Shown piece by piece: positions 9,094 to 18,443 of a stretch of DNA of 64,000 nucleotides. Source of the stretch: a virus (taxonomy: Duplodnaviria; Caudoviricetes). The stretch lies in the IMG/VR virus record IMGVR_UViG_2926647115_000001, one strand, 5' to 3'. Numbering within the stretch: the stretch's first letter is position 1; each line of letters opens with the position of its first letter. Position numbers and translations under genes: made by a program. The notes below the pieces were generated by a model. That model saw nothing but the letters and a program-made list of their open reading frames with translations. It made no database searches and had not been told where the DNA came from.

Positions 9094-9324
9094 TCACTCG
9101 CCCAACGGGGCGTCCACCTGACCGGCGTTGGCCAGGTCCTCCGGCTTCTTGCCGTTGCGCACCCCGTACACACCGGCGACGGTGGCGATCGCGAACACCA
9201 GGGCGGCGATGACGCCGGACGTCTCGTCGAGGCCGATCACGTCGTCGGCCAGGACCGGCGAGAGCGCGGTCGCCAGCCCGCCGATCGCCGCGACCACGGC
9301 CTTCGCCTTGCCGCTGATCTTCAT
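9094..9324 (-). CDS. Holin
   Basis: 76 aa, two hydrophobic segments, KAKAVVAA N-terminus and GVYGVRN C-terminus; follows the endolysin. Confidence 0.8.
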   Translation of the reverse strand: MKISGKAKAVVAAIGGLATALSPVLADDVIGLDETSGVIAALVFAIATVAGVYGVRNGKKPEDLANAGQVDAPLGE

Positions 9325-9389
9325 GCACGTCCCCTTTCATTACCAGCCGCCGAATACACGCCGCGGCCGAACGAGTTGAAAACTGCTGG

Positions 9390-10262
9390 TCAGGCCGCCG
9401 TGGGGGCGTCGTCGAGCTTGGCGAGCACCTGGTCGAGCTTGTCCCGCAGCTCCCGGATGGCGGCCTTGTCCTCGAACTCCCACTTGGCCTGGTCGAACGC
9501 CAGGTCCACGACCTTGGTGATGTTGTTGTCCCCGGCGATGCGGGACTTCTGGTAGCCGAGCAGCGCAGTGAACACCTGGCGGAGCATGTCCACCAGGGAC
9601 AGGTTCACCGACTGGCCGTTGCCGAGGTCGATGCGCCAGCCCGGGAAGTTCCCGCCCTGCCACTTCATCTGCGCGTTGAACGACGGGTCGCCCTCCGGGT
9701 CACCGGTGAGCTGGTTGATGATCGTGCGCAGGGCCTGCTCCTGCCAGATCATGCGGTTGCGGTCGGTCGGCTCGAACATGTCATCCCCCTCGTCGTAGGA
9801 GCCGTTGGTGAGCTTGGCGAGCACCCGAGCGCAGTCCGCCTCGCCGCGGACGATCTCGAAGTGCATCGGGTCCTTCCTGCCGACGTAATCGCCGCCCCAC
9901 CGCACGCAGCCCTCGGTGAGCGCGACGATCTCGCGGATGGTGCGGATCTGGGCGGCGGAGAAGTTCGCCGACGGGTTGGTGCCCAGCGGATGCCGGGTTG
10001 CGTTCAGGTCGATCGCAGTGCCCGAGGCGTGGTTGGACAGCTCGGTGGAGCTGCCGCGGATGGTGCGCTCGGCGTAGCCCCAGTCGTCGAGCTGGCCCGG
10101 GTCGATGTCCTCGACCCGCTTGTCGAACTGGCTGGCCACCCACCGCAGCAGCTGGCCGGCCGGTCCCTTGCGCAACCGGACCTTGATGCTCGTGCCCGGG
10201 ATGAGCGCGCTCTCGGTCGCGTTGATGTCGTTGGCGCTGTAGCCGTTCTGACTGGTCGCCAT
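9390..10262 (-). CDS. Endolysin, M15-family Zn peptidase
   Basis: SQNG N-terminus, WGYAER, SNHASGTAIDLN, WGGDY and DPMHFE motifs. Confidence 0.9.
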   Translation of the reverse strand: MATSQNGYSANDINATESALIPGTSIKVRLRKGPAGQLLRWVASQFDKRVEDIDPGQLDDWGYAERTIRGSSTELSNHASGTAIDLNATRHPLGTNPSANFSAAQIRTIREIVALTEGCVRWGGDYVGRKDPMHFEIVRGEADCARVLAKLTNGSYDEGDDMFEPTDRNRMIWQEQALRTIINQLTGDPEGDPSFNAQMKWQGGNFPGWRIDLGNGQSVNLSLVDMLRQVFTALLGYQKSRIAGDNNITKVVDLAFDQAKWEFEDKAAIRELRDKLDQVLAKLDDAPTAA

Positions 10263-10289
10263 GGGTCCCCCTCCCCCGTGATCTACCGG

Positions 10290-11033
10290 TTACTCGTTGC
10301 TGCGCGCGGCCCGGCTGGACGGCGTGCTGGACTCCGTGGGCGGGTCGGTGCTCGGGGCCTGCGACGTCGCCGGGTCCACGCACGCCTTGCCCTGGTAGGT
10401 GGATCCGTCCGCGGCCTCGATCACCGCGTCCACCAGCTGGTAGCCCTCCGGGCACGCCGGACCGTCCCGCCCGGGCGCCCCCGCGGCGCCCCGGCACGGC
10501 TCGCTCGGCTGGGTGCAGTAGGCGACGAACGTGGCGTACATCTGGTCGTCCGTAATCGGCGGTGCGTCCTCGCCGTCGCGGCCGTCCTTCGGCACCGGCA
10601 CCTTCGCGACGACAAGGTCCACCAGGGCGTCGATGTTCGGCGACTCCCCGTTCGCCCCGCGGCACGGCTGTGATGCCTGGCCGCAGTAGTCCAGCACTGC
10701 CGACTTCGCCACCGCCCGCACCGTGTCCAGGTCCGGCCCCGCTGGTGCGTCCGGCACCGCGACCGGCGCTTCGGTGGACGCCGGAGGCTGCACCACCGGC
10801 TGCGCCCCGAGCTGCCGCACCTGCTCCACCAACAGCTGGGTGTCGACCGCCAAGGACTGGTAGGCACCCTGCAGCTGGTCCACCTTGGCGTCTGCGTTCT
10901 CTCCGCGCAGGAACGACGCCACGATCGACACCGCGGCCACCACCACGCCGACCCCCGCCACCCACCGGTGCGTGGTGGACTTCGCCGCCCTCGCGGGCGG
11001 CTTCACGAACTTCGTGCGCGCCGACTCATTCAT
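10290..11033 (-). CDS. Membrane-anchored protein with short collagen-like segments (lysis cassette)
   Basis: N-terminal TM helix, coiled coil LVEQVRQLG, two YC...CRG repeats, Gxx triplets. Confidence 0.7.
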   Translation of the reverse strand: MNESARTKFVKPPARAAKSTTHRWVAGVGVVVAAVSIVASFLRGENADAKVDQLQGAYQSLAVDTQLLVEQVRQLGAQPVVQPPASTEAPVAVPDAPAGPDLDTVRAVAKSAVLDYCGQASQPCRGANGESPNIDALVDLVVAKVPVPKDGRDGEDAPPITDDQMYATFVAYCTQPSEPCRGAAGAPGRDGPACPEGYQLVDAVIEAADGSTYQGKACVDPATSQAPSTDPPTESSTPSSRAARSNE

Positions 11034-11293
11034 CCCTCGTCCCCCTGGCGGTGCTTCCCGCGCCGCTTCCGATCCCGGAGTTCTTCGGCGAGCAGTTCGA
11101 GGATCGCCTCCAGGTCGTCGTCCTCGGGGTCGTCGCCGTCCTCCCGCTCTCCTCTGGCGATCTGTTTGACCGCAGACTCGGCCGCGGTCTCACGTTCCTT
11201 CTTCGAGCCCTTGACGACCGCCGCGACCGTGGTGATGAGCCCGGCCAGCGCGCCGACAAGCGTTGCGAGGCCGTTGAAATCAATGTCACCCAA
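11030..11293 (-). CDS. Small membrane protein (holin-like)
   Basis: TTG start with GAGGGGG RBS; single TM helix then a charged tail; ATGA overlap with the next gene. Confidence 0.6.
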   Translation of the reverse strand: MGDIDFNGLATLVGALAGLITTVAAVVKGSKKERETAAESAVKQIARGEREDGDDPEDDDLEAILELLAEELRDRKRRGKHRQGDEG

Positions 11294-11381
11294 CGGTCCC
11301 CCTCTTCCACAATGGACGCTCCCCCATGAGGTCGGGTGGCGTGGCCAACCCCCTCGACCAGCCACACCACCCGACTTCTAA

Positions 11382-12041
11382 TCAGGCCGGCGCGGGCAGC
11401 GAGCACGGCAGCGTCTCCGCCACCAGCTCCGCCATCCGGTCGTGCCCGGCGTCGGTCAGGTGCACGGACTGGCCCGGCGCGTACTCGTCCGGGATGTAGT
11501 AGCCCGCGCTGTTGTCACTGGTGGGCGGCATCGAACAGGACAGGTCCAGGTGGAAGCAGCCGTTGGCCGCGGCGGTGAGCGCTGCTGCTTTGCGGTACTC
11601 GATCTGGTCGAAACCCTGGCCCAGCTCGGGTGGGAAGTCGTACTCCGTGACCACGTAGATCCGAGTCGACACCTTCTCCCGGAGCTGGCTGATCAGCGAC
11701 CGGAGATTGCACCAGTAGGCGCGCCACGGGTCGATCCCCTGGAAGTACTCGTTTCCGCCGAGCAGAATGTAGACGCGGTTCGGGCGATTGGCGGCGATGT
11801 CCTCGATCGCGCCGACGGCCTCCGGCCACCGTCCGCCGGGAAAGAAGTCCGACACCATCGCGCCGTTGTGGCTGTAGTTGTCCCACACCGTGTCCGTGTA
11901 GGCGCGCGCCAGCTGGGCCACCCACCCGTGCTCTGTGGGCTGGTAGTCGTCGGCCGTTCCGGGGTAGCCGGTGCTGCCGTAGCCGGTGCACAGCGAGTGC
12001 CCCAGCACAGCGACACGGGCAAGCCCTCCACAGTAGGCCAT
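11382..12041 (-). CDS. SGNH/GDSL-family hydrolase
   Basis: Block I VLGHSL, block II NYSHNG, block III LGGNE, block V VHLTDAGH. Confidence 0.8.
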   Translation of the reverse strand: MAYCGGLARVAVLGHSLCTGYGSTGYPGTADDYQPTEHGWVAQLARAYTDTVWDNYSHNGAMVSDFFPGGRWPEAVGAIEDIAANRPNRVYILLGGNEYFQGIDPWRAYWCNLRSLISQLREKVSTRIYVVTEYDFPPELGQGFDQIEYRKAAALTAAANGCFHLDLSCSMPPTSDNSAGYYIPDEYAPGQSVHLTDAGHDRMAELVAETLPCSLPAPA

Positions 12042-12042
12042 G

Positions 12043-13677
12043 TCAGATGCTCCATCCTTCCGCGAACAGGACGAGGTCGGGCCGGTTCCAATGCGGCGCA
12101 CCGTCGTCAGCAGGGGTCAGGTCGGTCTCGAAGGAGGTCATCGCCACGCGGATCCGGACCCGTGTGGTGTCACCCGGCGGGATCGCGGCCTGGCCGGTGT
12201 AGATCGACATCGGCAACTTGGTGCTGTAGCCGGTGAAGCTGATCCGCATCCCGCCGACCGCCTGCGGCGAGTGCCGGTAGGCGTTGAGGTTGCCGCCGTT
12301 GAGCGGTGGAAAGGGTGGTTCCGTCCCGTCGGTGGTTGCCGTGAATCCCCACTGCAGCAGCCAGTAGTTCCCCGGCGACATGATGAACTCGACCGGGCTC
12401 GTGCCGAGTTGGAACGTCGCTCGCATCTCCCGGCAGTCGCTCGGGTTGGTCAACGCAAGCTCGAGGTCGTACACCTCGATCGTTGCGCCGGTGGCGGGCG
12501 GCGCCTGGTCCTGGGCACCGGGCAGGGACGCAACCGCCTGCACGTAGAGCTTGTCCGGCGCGGTGCGCAGCTGCCCGTTGGTGTCGCAGTAGATCGGGAC
12601 ACCGTTGGTGTCGTCGCAGGGGAACGGTAGTGCCGCGTCACCCCACGTTGCGGATGTGGCCACGGCCAGCGGGGCGGCGCTGGTTCCGGCCCCGTCCAGG
12701 CCGCAGCCGGGCGTGAGCGGCGGTACGAACAGGGCACCGTCCGAGCCCGCGGCGAGCTGGTTGCCCGCATCGGTCGACAGGATCGGCGCGCCGCTGATGG
12801 TCACCGACCCGTCCGCGTTCGGGGTAGCGGTGAGGTCCAGGGTCGGCGTGTCCGTCACCGTCACATCGGTGACGCCACCCGCCGCGGCTGCGGGGACGAA
12901 CAGACCATCCGAGTTGATCGTGAGCGCGTTCCCCGGAGCCGCCGACAGCTTCGTGTCCGCGGACACCGTGAAGGTGTCAGCAGGTCCCTCGGTGACCGTG
13001 ACGTCCACGCTCGCCGTGTCCTGGCCCTGTACCACGGTCGTGTCGGTGGGCGCGGGAACGAACAGGCCACCGTCCGGGCCGATGGACAGCTGGTTCCCCG
13101 CCTGCCCCGAGAGGTCAGCGTTGATGGTGACCGGGCCACCCGGGTTGATCGAGGTGAACTCGATCCCGTCACCGGCGACGTAGGTGGTGCCGGTGCCGCC
13201 GCCGGATGGGGCTGGCACCCACTGGCCCCCGGTGAACACCAGGGAGTCCCCCTCGTTCGGGGATGGGGCGTTGACGTTGCCCAGCGAGTCCAGGTCGCAG
13301 GCGGCCAGCTCCGAGCAGTCCCAGGGCGGCACGAACAGGCCACCGTCGCTCCCGGCTTGCAGCTGGTTGTCCGCGTCGGCGGAGACGTTCACCTCCGCGG
13401 TGACCACGAAGGGGTCCGCGGCCGTGCCGGTGCCGGTCACGGTGGTGTCGGCGGTTGGTGTCGTGCCGCCTTGCACCGCCGTGGCCGGACCGGTCGGTGC
13501 CGGGCCTGGCACCCACTGGCCGGCGCCGTTGCGGACGAGCACGTCGCCGGGCTGCGGCGGAGTGGTGCTGGTGTCGACGTCACCGAGCGCGTCGAGACTG
13601 CATGCGTTCAGGTCTGTGCACGCAAACGTCGTTCCGGTGCCGCCGCCCCCGCAGCCGTCATTTCCCTGATAGGCCAT
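12043..13677 (-). CDS. Tail fibre/appendage protein with repeats
   Basis: Four [GD]N[QA]L...DG.LFVP repeats, LDALGDV/LDSLGNV repeats, GDVL...GQWVP motifs; position in the tail module. Confidence 0.75.
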   Translation of the reverse strand: MAYQGNDGCGGGGTGTTFACTDLNACSLDALGDVDTSTTPPQPGDVLVRNGAGQWVPGPAPTGPATAVQGGTTPTADTTVTGTGTAADPFVVTAEVNVSADADNQLQAGSDGGLFVPPWDCSELAACDLDSLGNVNAPSPNEGDSLVFTGGQWVPAPSGGGTGTTYVAGDGIEFTSINPGGPVTINADLSGQAGNQLSIGPDGGLFVPAPTDTTVVQGQDTASVDVTVTEGPADTFTVSADTKLSAAPGNALTINSDGLFVPAAAAGGVTDVTVTDTPTLDLTATPNADGSVTISGAPILSTDAGNQLAAGSDGALFVPPLTPGCGLDGAGTSAAPLAVATSATWGDAALPFPCDDTNGVPIYCDTNGQLRTAPDKLYVQAVASLPGAQDQAPPATGATIEVYDLELALTNPSDCREMRATFQLGTSPVEFIMSPGNYWLLQWGFTATTDGTEPPFPPLNGGNLNAYRHSPQAVGGMRISFTGYSTKLPMSIYTGQAAIPPGDTTRVRIRVAMTSFETDLTPADDGAPHWNRPDLVLFAEGWSI

Positions 13678-13758
13678 CGGTTACCCCCTCCAGGTAGCCC
13701 AGTTCGTCCCGCCGTCTCCGCGCTTGCCCCCAGCGAGCGGGCCGTCGAATTCCCTGCC

Positions 13759-14241
13759 TCACGCGACTTTCCGGAAGCGGAGGAGCGTTCGACCGTTGGC
13801 ATCGGACGTCATGTGTGCACCAACGACGGTGCTGTAGCCGTCGGTGAACTTCACTTGCAGCCGCAACACCGTCGGCTTCGTGACGGCGTAGTCCACGACG
13901 AGCGGGGCACTCATGTTCGCGCCGATCCGGATCGACGTCGAGGTTGGTGAAACGGTGACCGACTGCTGGTTGATGAAGGTCTCGCTGTTCGGCACCACCA
14001 CACCGGCGGTCACGTCGAACAGACGTCCCACGATGTAGGTGCTCGCCGGGGATGTGCCTTCAACGTAGGAGCGCAGATTCCCATCGAGCTCGTAGGTGCC
14101 GGCCTCGGGAAGGGTGACCTGCAATGGGCAGTCGACCCACACGCCTGGGCGGCTGCCGACATCGGTCAACGCGGTGAGGACAGCGTTCCCGCGCACGGGC
14201 GCAGGAACCGGTGGTGCGATGCTCCCTGCCGTACCGCTCAC
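13759..14241 (-). CDS. Beta-rich minor tail protein
   Basis: LPEAGTYELD motif resembling C1q/BclA-like head domains; lies between fibre genes. Confidence 0.6.
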   Translation of the reverse strand: MSGTAGSIAPPVPAPVRGNAVLTALTDVGSRPGVWVDCPLQVTLPEAGTYELDGNLRSYVEGTSPASTYIVGRLFDVTAGVVVPNSETFINQQSVTVSPTSTSIRIGANMSAPLVVDYAVTKPTVLRLQVKFTDGYSTVVGAHMTSDANGRTLLRFRKVA

Positions 14242-14292
14242 GCCATCACTCCGTCCGCCCAGCTCTGCTCACTGCCCCGCCCCTTCGTCTGT

Positions 14293-17235
14293 TCAGGCCC
14301 GCTCGGTCCATGCGACCGTGACGGTGGATCCCGCGCCCGCGGCGACGGTGAGCGGGCCGCGCAACACCAGGTCGCTGTCCTTCTGCACGCTCCACGTGAT
14401 CGTCTGGGAGGGATGCAGGGTCGCGGCGCCGTCCACCGTGGTGACGGTCGATGCGGCCGAGGACACGTTGGTCAAGGTCACCGACTGCGCCAGTGGGTGT
14501 GCCGTGAGGTCCCAGGTACCGCCGTCGCTGATCTCCACGAGGCGCGCCTGCACCGCCGTCGCGGGCTGGGTCTGTGGGCACTGGACTGGCGCGACCGGCG
14601 TGTACTGGATCGACGGGTCGTCCTGGTAGGTCCACACCAGTTGCGGGGCGCTGCCGTCGCACGGCACCGACCACACCTCGGTGTAGGTGGTGTCGGCGTC
14701 GCCGTCTCCGTCGGTGTCGTCGCAGCGGCGCTGCTCAAACGTCGCCGCGACCGGGCACGGGGCGGGAACAGCGCTGCCGCTCCCGCTGCCGCAGGAACCG
14801 GCCTCGCCCTGCACCTGGTACGGCTGCCCGTCGAGAGTGGTGTCCGTCGTGGAGACGATGGCGCCGTTGCAGTCGCTGCACAGGTGCCGAAGGAACGGCA
14901 CCGGGTCAGGGGTGCCGGTCTCGATCAGGCCGACGAACCGGAACGGCACCGCACCCGATCCGCCTGGGGTGAGGGTCAAGGTGGTCAGCCGCGGGTGGGA
15001 GAACCGCGACACCTGTTCCGGATCGTTGTTCGAGGCGCCAGCGCCACCGCACACGGTGCGCGTGCCCGCGTCGTAGGTGTGAGCCGGGTGGAGGGCTTCC
15101 ACCACGGTGCCCTCGGGAAGCACCAGGCACGCGTTCGCGTTCAGCCGCACGGACCACGCGACCCGCACAGGCTGATCGAACGTCCACACCTGCGGGCCGG
15201 GCACGTCGACCGCCCACCACGGCTGGCCCACGACCGGGCTGGTAGCGCCTGTGGCGGTGTATCCGACGCCGTTGGCGAGAGTGCCCGTCGGGTTCCCGGA
15301 TCCCGGCGGCACCTGCGCCGCGCCAGCGGGGCCCGGGGTGATGTCGCAGAGAACGACCGACCGGCAATCCAGGCACGAGTCCGCGGTGTTGGCGCTGCAG
15401 GAATCCCGGTGCGGCTGGCACTGGGCGACCGGCTCAACCGGCGTGTACGGGTTCCCGGCGAGGTCGGTGTCGGTGGTGGTGACCTGGCCGGTGGTGCAGT
15501 CACGAACAAAGGCACGGACGAACTGGTTCCCGCAACCCGGCGCGGTCACCGTGGCCGACACCGTGAAGTCGTGAATGGTCCACTGTTTCGGCGTCCCTTG
15601 CGACGTCTCCAGCCCAAGCACGACACGCACCTGGCCGGCGACAACGTCCGCGAGGGGCAGGGTCGCGGTGACCGAGTAGGTGTTCGTCTGCCCGACCGGG
15701 GTGCTCGAGCTGCCGTCGTACATGACGCTGGTGGCGCCGTTGTAGAGCTGCAGCCCGCCGTCGCTCCCGTCACCACCGTTCGGCCCGTCGAGCGTGGCCT
15801 GAACGCTCACCGTCAGCGTCACGTCGCCGTCGTTGCCACACTGCGGGCATCCGCCGACGAGGCTGAGATCGCCAGCAAGCCAGCAGAATCGCCACGCCGA
15901 AGTGGTGGGCGCCGGGAACACTGCGGTGCCCCCGTCGAACAGGGCCTGTGCGTCTGTCAGCGGGATAGCGGTGTTCGCGACGGTCCCGAGGAAGTACGGC
16001 GTCGGGTCAATCGCCGAGGCCGCGAACGCCGCGTCCTGGGGGGCGGAGTCGCACAACACGAGGGTGCTGGTCGACGGGCATTCGGGCCCGTCGCTGTCGC
16101 ACAGCCCGATCTCGCCCGAAGCCGTGTACGCGTTGCCGTCCAGGGTGTAGTCGGTGTGGCTGACGATGGCGCCGTTTTCGTCGCGCCGGTAGTCCCGCAC
16201 GAACTGGGTCACCGACCCGTCCGGGGCGGTGTCGCACAACACCGTCGCGTCCTGCGAGGGCTGCTCCGCGCCGGCTGGGCACACGGTCAGCTCGCCCTGG
16301 AGCGTGTAGGTGCCGCCGGTGCTGGCGTCAACCAGCCGCACCGAGTCGATCGATCCGTCCGCGGCGTACTGGTATTCGACCAGCACGAGCCCCAGCACGT
16401 CCTGGGTGGAGGGGTCGACGTCGCAGAAGGTGCCGGACACCTGGATGGACTGTGCGGAGCCGCAGGCGCGGGCGCCGGCCGGTGGCTGCCCGGCGGTGAA
16501 CGCGCCGGTGAGCAGGTTGATCCATCCGGCCTGGGTGGTGACTCCGTCGCAGTCGCGGGTGGTGATGGTGGCGATCGGCGTGCCATCGGCCAGGCACAGC
16601 CCGGTGGTGGCGGCCGGGGTGGTCGGCGAGTCGCACGGGGCGATGTCGCCGCACGCGCCGACCGCACCGGCGGGGGTGTAGGGGTTCCCAGCGAGGGTGT
16701 AGTCCGCGAACCCGGTGACGGCGCCCGTGTCGTCGCGCTCGTAGTCGCGCACGAAGGCGGTGACCGTGCCGTCGGGGGCGGTGTCGCACAGCTGCACCAG
16801 CGACCGTCCGGCCGGTGGCACCGTGTCGCAGGCACCCAAGGTGCCCTGCAGTGTGTAGGGCCGGCCGTCCGGGGTGTAGAACGCGGCGCCAGTGATCTGG
16901 CCCGTGTCGTCGAACTCGTAGGCAACGACGACCGGGGCGAGGACAGCACCATCAGGGTTGAGGTCGCACCACGCCGCAACCTCCACCGGTTGCGTCTCCG
17001 CGGTCGCCGAGCACGGCAGGGCGGTTGCCGGTGGCGGCCCGGCGGTGAACGCGCCCGTGCCGAGGTCCAGCCATCCCGCGGTGGACACCGCGCCGGTGTC
17101 GTCGCGAACCGCAACCACCGCGATCGGTGTGCCGTCCGCGAGACAGAGCCCGGTCGCGGCGACGGGCCCGGCTTCGGCGGCCATGAGCTCGCCGTCGCCA
17201 TCCGCACCGCAGCCGTCGTTCCCCTGGAAAGCCAT
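14293..17235 (-). CDS. Large Cys-repeat virion fibre protein (980 aa)
   Basis: Tandem ~50-aa modules bounded by Cys (LCD...G.PY...G.C); tail module context. Confidence 0.75.
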   Translation of the reverse strand: MAFQGNDGCGADGDGELMAAEAGPVAATGLCLADGTPIAVVAVRDDTGAVSTAGWLDLGTGAFTAGPPPATALPCSATAETQPVEVAAWCDLNPDGAVLAPVVVAYEFDDTGQITGAAFYTPDGRPYTLQGTLGACDTVPPAGRSLVQLCDTAPDGTVTAFVRDYERDDTGAVTGFADYTLAGNPYTPAGAVGACGDIAPCDSPTTPAATTGLCLADGTPIATITTRDCDGVTTQAGWINLLTGAFTAGQPPAGARACGSAQSIQVSGTFCDVDPSTQDVLGLVLVEYQYAADGSIDSVRLVDASTGGTYTLQGELTVCPAGAEQPSQDATVLCDTAPDGSVTQFVRDYRRDENGAIVSHTDYTLDGNAYTASGEIGLCDSDGPECPSTSTLVLCDSAPQDAAFAASAIDPTPYFLGTVANTAIPLTDAQALFDGGTAVFPAPTTSAWRFCWLAGDLSLVGGCPQCGNDGDVTLTVSVQATLDGPNGGDGSDGGLQLYNGATSVMYDGSSSTPVGQTNTYSVTATLPLADVVAGQVRVVLGLETSQGTPKQWTIHDFTVSATVTAPGCGNQFVRAFVRDCTTGQVTTTDTDLAGNPYTPVEPVAQCQPHRDSCSANTADSCLDCRSVVLCDITPGPAGAAQVPPGSGNPTGTLANGVGYTATGATSPVVGQPWWAVDVPGPQVWTFDQPVRVAWSVRLNANACLVLPEGTVVEALHPAHTYDAGTRTVCGGAGASNNDPEQVSRFSHPRLTTLTLTPGGSGAVPFRFVGLIETGTPDPVPFLRHLCSDCNGAIVSTTDTTLDGQPYQVQGEAGSCGSGSGSAVPAPCPVAATFEQRRCDDTDGDGDADTTYTEVWSVPCDGSAPQLVWTYQDDPSIQYTPVAPVQCPQTQPATAVQARLVEISDGGTWDLTAHPLAQSVTLTNVSSAASTVTTVDGAATLHPSQTITWSVQKDSDLVLRGPLTVAAGAGSTVTVAWTERA

Positions 17236-17474
17236 GAGCGCTCTTTCGGTCCGTGTTCCCCCACACGAGGCCGCTCCCTAGCTTCCGGCTCGGATCCTAC
17301 CTGGCCGTTATGGGCTGCTGGATCAAAACGGTTGCGACACTTTCGCCGTGTCTCGCATCCGGACGACCTGCGGCCGCGGTCCGGCCGGTGTGACGGCGAG
17401 TGCGTTGCAGGTCGCGGGGTCGATGCGGAGTGGCGGTTCGATACTTCCGTCGGTCCCGGTCATCGGTCATCTCC

Positions 17475-18032
17475 TCACGACGTCACGGGCAGCGCCACGT
17501 AGCGCAACACGTTCCACGGGATCTTGATCAGGTTGATGGCGTGCGGGGCGAACTCGTCCGGGAACCACCACCACATGTTGCGCATCCACAGGGTCTGGCC
17601 CGGGTTCACCAGCTGGGAGTAGGTGGGGCCCTTGAACGTCCACGCGAAGTCGTTGATCGACCCGGCCGGCATCAGCCCGTGGTGGTTGGTGCGCAGGTAG
17701 GCGTGATCATCGGACGGGCGGACCGCGGCGGGGTCGCCCGCGGTGGACAGGGCCATGGTGATGCCGAAGTTCCAGTCGTTGCCCGGCGCCATCCGGGTGT
17801 AGACGTGCGGCCCCTCGGTCCAGCACCACACCCGCCGCGGCTGGCAGGTGTCGTTGGTGTAGGCGAGCATCGTGGTCGTCAGCCACAGCCAGTCGTCCGG
17901 CACGCCGACGGGGTTCACCACCCACCCGCCGACCCGGCTGGTGCCCTGGTCGGAGCCGACAGCGTTCCAGTCCAGCGCAAGCGAACCCTGGTCGACCTTG
18001 AGCCCGCAGTCGTCAACGCAGATCCGTGGCAT
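17475..18032 (-). CDS. Minor tail/hypothetical protein
   Basis: 185 aa Trp-rich beta-type ORF in the tail operon. Confidence 0.6.
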   Translation of the reverse strand: MPRICVDDCGLKVDQGSLALDWNAVGSDQGTSRVGGWVVNPVGVPDDWLWLTTTMLAYTNDTCQPRRVWCWTEGPHVYTRMAPGNDWNFGITMALSTAGDPAAVRPSDDHAYLRTNHHGLMPAGSINDFAWTFKGPTYSQLVNPGQTLWMRNMWWWFPDEFAPHAINLIKIPWNVLRYVALPVTS

Positions 18033-18432
18033 CGGCCTGCACCTCCAGGTTGATCTCGTCGTCCGGCAGTGGCGTCGACGGCGGCTCCGGAGTCGGCTCC
18101 GGTTCAGGCTCGGTGGATGGCGGGTCCGCCAGGTCCAGGCCGGGGATGAGCACCTCCAGCAGCTCCGGCGGGATCCCGAGGTCCACCACCTTCTGCGCGA
18201 GCTGCTTGCGGGCGGCGTCGGCTTCGGCCTGGTACTTGGCCAGCGCTTCGTTGGACTGTCGCTCGACGACGAGGTTGGCCTGGTGGTGGGCTTCCATCCC
18301 GGCCCGGTACACGGGCTCGTCGATGATCTCGGCCCCGTAGGGGAGGGTGACCGGCTTGTCGTCCGGCTGTGTCATAGAGGCGTAGAACGCGCGCCCAAGC
18401 GCGTCCAGCCCGCGGTAGTAGATCGTGGCCAC
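18013..18432 (-). CDS. Hypothetical tail-associated protein
   Basis: 139 aa, coiled coil then KVVDLGIPPE and a Pro/Glu tail; AGGGGG RBS. Confidence 0.6.
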   Translation of the reverse strand: MATIYYRGLDALGRAFYASMTQPDDKPVTLPYGAEIIDEPVYRAGMEAHHQANLVVERQSNEALAKYQAEADAARKQLAQKVVDLGIPPELLEVLIPGLDLADPPSTEPEPEPTPEPPSTPLPDDEINLEVQADATDLR

Positions 18433-18443
18433 GTCCTGCCCCC

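Noticed and set aside
12043-17235. Diversity-generating retroelement or invertible fibre switch
   Set aside because: No reverse transcriptase or invertase; repeats are diverged at protein level, not TR/VR pairs
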